Below are positions 60,828 through 61,013 of a stretch of DNA of 61,013 nucleotides, piece after piece. The stretch is from Alloascoidea hylecoeti. Taxonomy: Eukaryota. The stretch spans positions 124,001-185,013 of the forward strand of contig BCKZ01000026.1 of NCBI GenBank assembly GCA_001600815.1. The letters run 5' to 3'. Below the pieces are notes generated by a model. That model was not told where the DNA came from. It made no database searches and worked only from the letters and a program-made list of their open reading frames with translations. A program made the position numbers and the translations under genes. The stretch's first letter is position 1; every line of letters starts with the position of its first letter.

Positions 60828-61013
60828 ACTAAGGATATAACCCTTCAAATTGATAAGCTGGTTAAAGAAGGTGAACCATGGAGAGAAAAAATCACACAAA
60901 AGTCTTCAGAAGTAGCTGTCTCTCAAAGCAATGTTGATATGTTAAAAGAAAAAAAAGATTCGCTCATTAATAATATAAATGAATCTCTAGCTGTAGAACA
61001 AGATACCATGAAG
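60828..61013 (+). pseudogene. Internal fragment of condensin Smc4 coiled coil (runs off window)
   Basis: TKDITLQIDKLVKEGEPWREKITQKSSEVAVSQSNVDMLKEK resembles Smc4 (KTKNISAEI..HEKELEPW...EKESQI). It is preceded by TAA and no upstream ATPase-head exons are visible. Confidence 0.55.

Noticed and set aside
60540..60899. 119-aa minus-strand ORF
   Set aside because: No recognisable family, contains Ns and overlaps the SMC4-like fragment antisense.
1..61013. CUG codon reassignment, CRISPR arrays, rRNA
   Set aside because: CTG occupies Leu positions in GPR1 TM helices; no spacer-repeat arrays or rRNA sequence seen.

Overview
AT-rich fungal nuclear DNA that looks like an intron-rich, early-branching budding yeast. 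CTG reads as Leu in conserved positions and most introns are short. It retains eIF3h, taspase, a PNUTS-type PP1 regulator and a Gemin7-like gene. About 21 host genes: PET20-family x2, MON2, PNUTS/Ppn1-like, CHS3, RIM21/PalH, RFC3, PUS4, GET5, taspase, Gemin7-like, GPR1, a cyclin, three secreted EEP phosphoesterases, a Q/N-rich protein, eIF3h, GLY1, RPL7 (hosting a snR39/59-type snoRNA), SPC19, GPC1 and an Acm1-like gene. There is also a young full-length Ty3-like LTR retrotransposon (39649-45228), a decayed gag, and aldo-keto-reductase and SMC4 gene fragments. Four signals stand out. (1) The Gemin7-like stop codon overlaps the taspase start (TAATG) with no AUG in between, a candidate bicistronic mRNA. 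(2) The retroelement has a -1 frameshift signal plus an in-frame stop between protease and RT. (3) Sharp GC-rich islands sit at gene 5' ends, flanked by extreme AT troughs. (4) The CHS3 start codon appears to be made by splicing. All homology calls are from recalled motifs; no database search was run.
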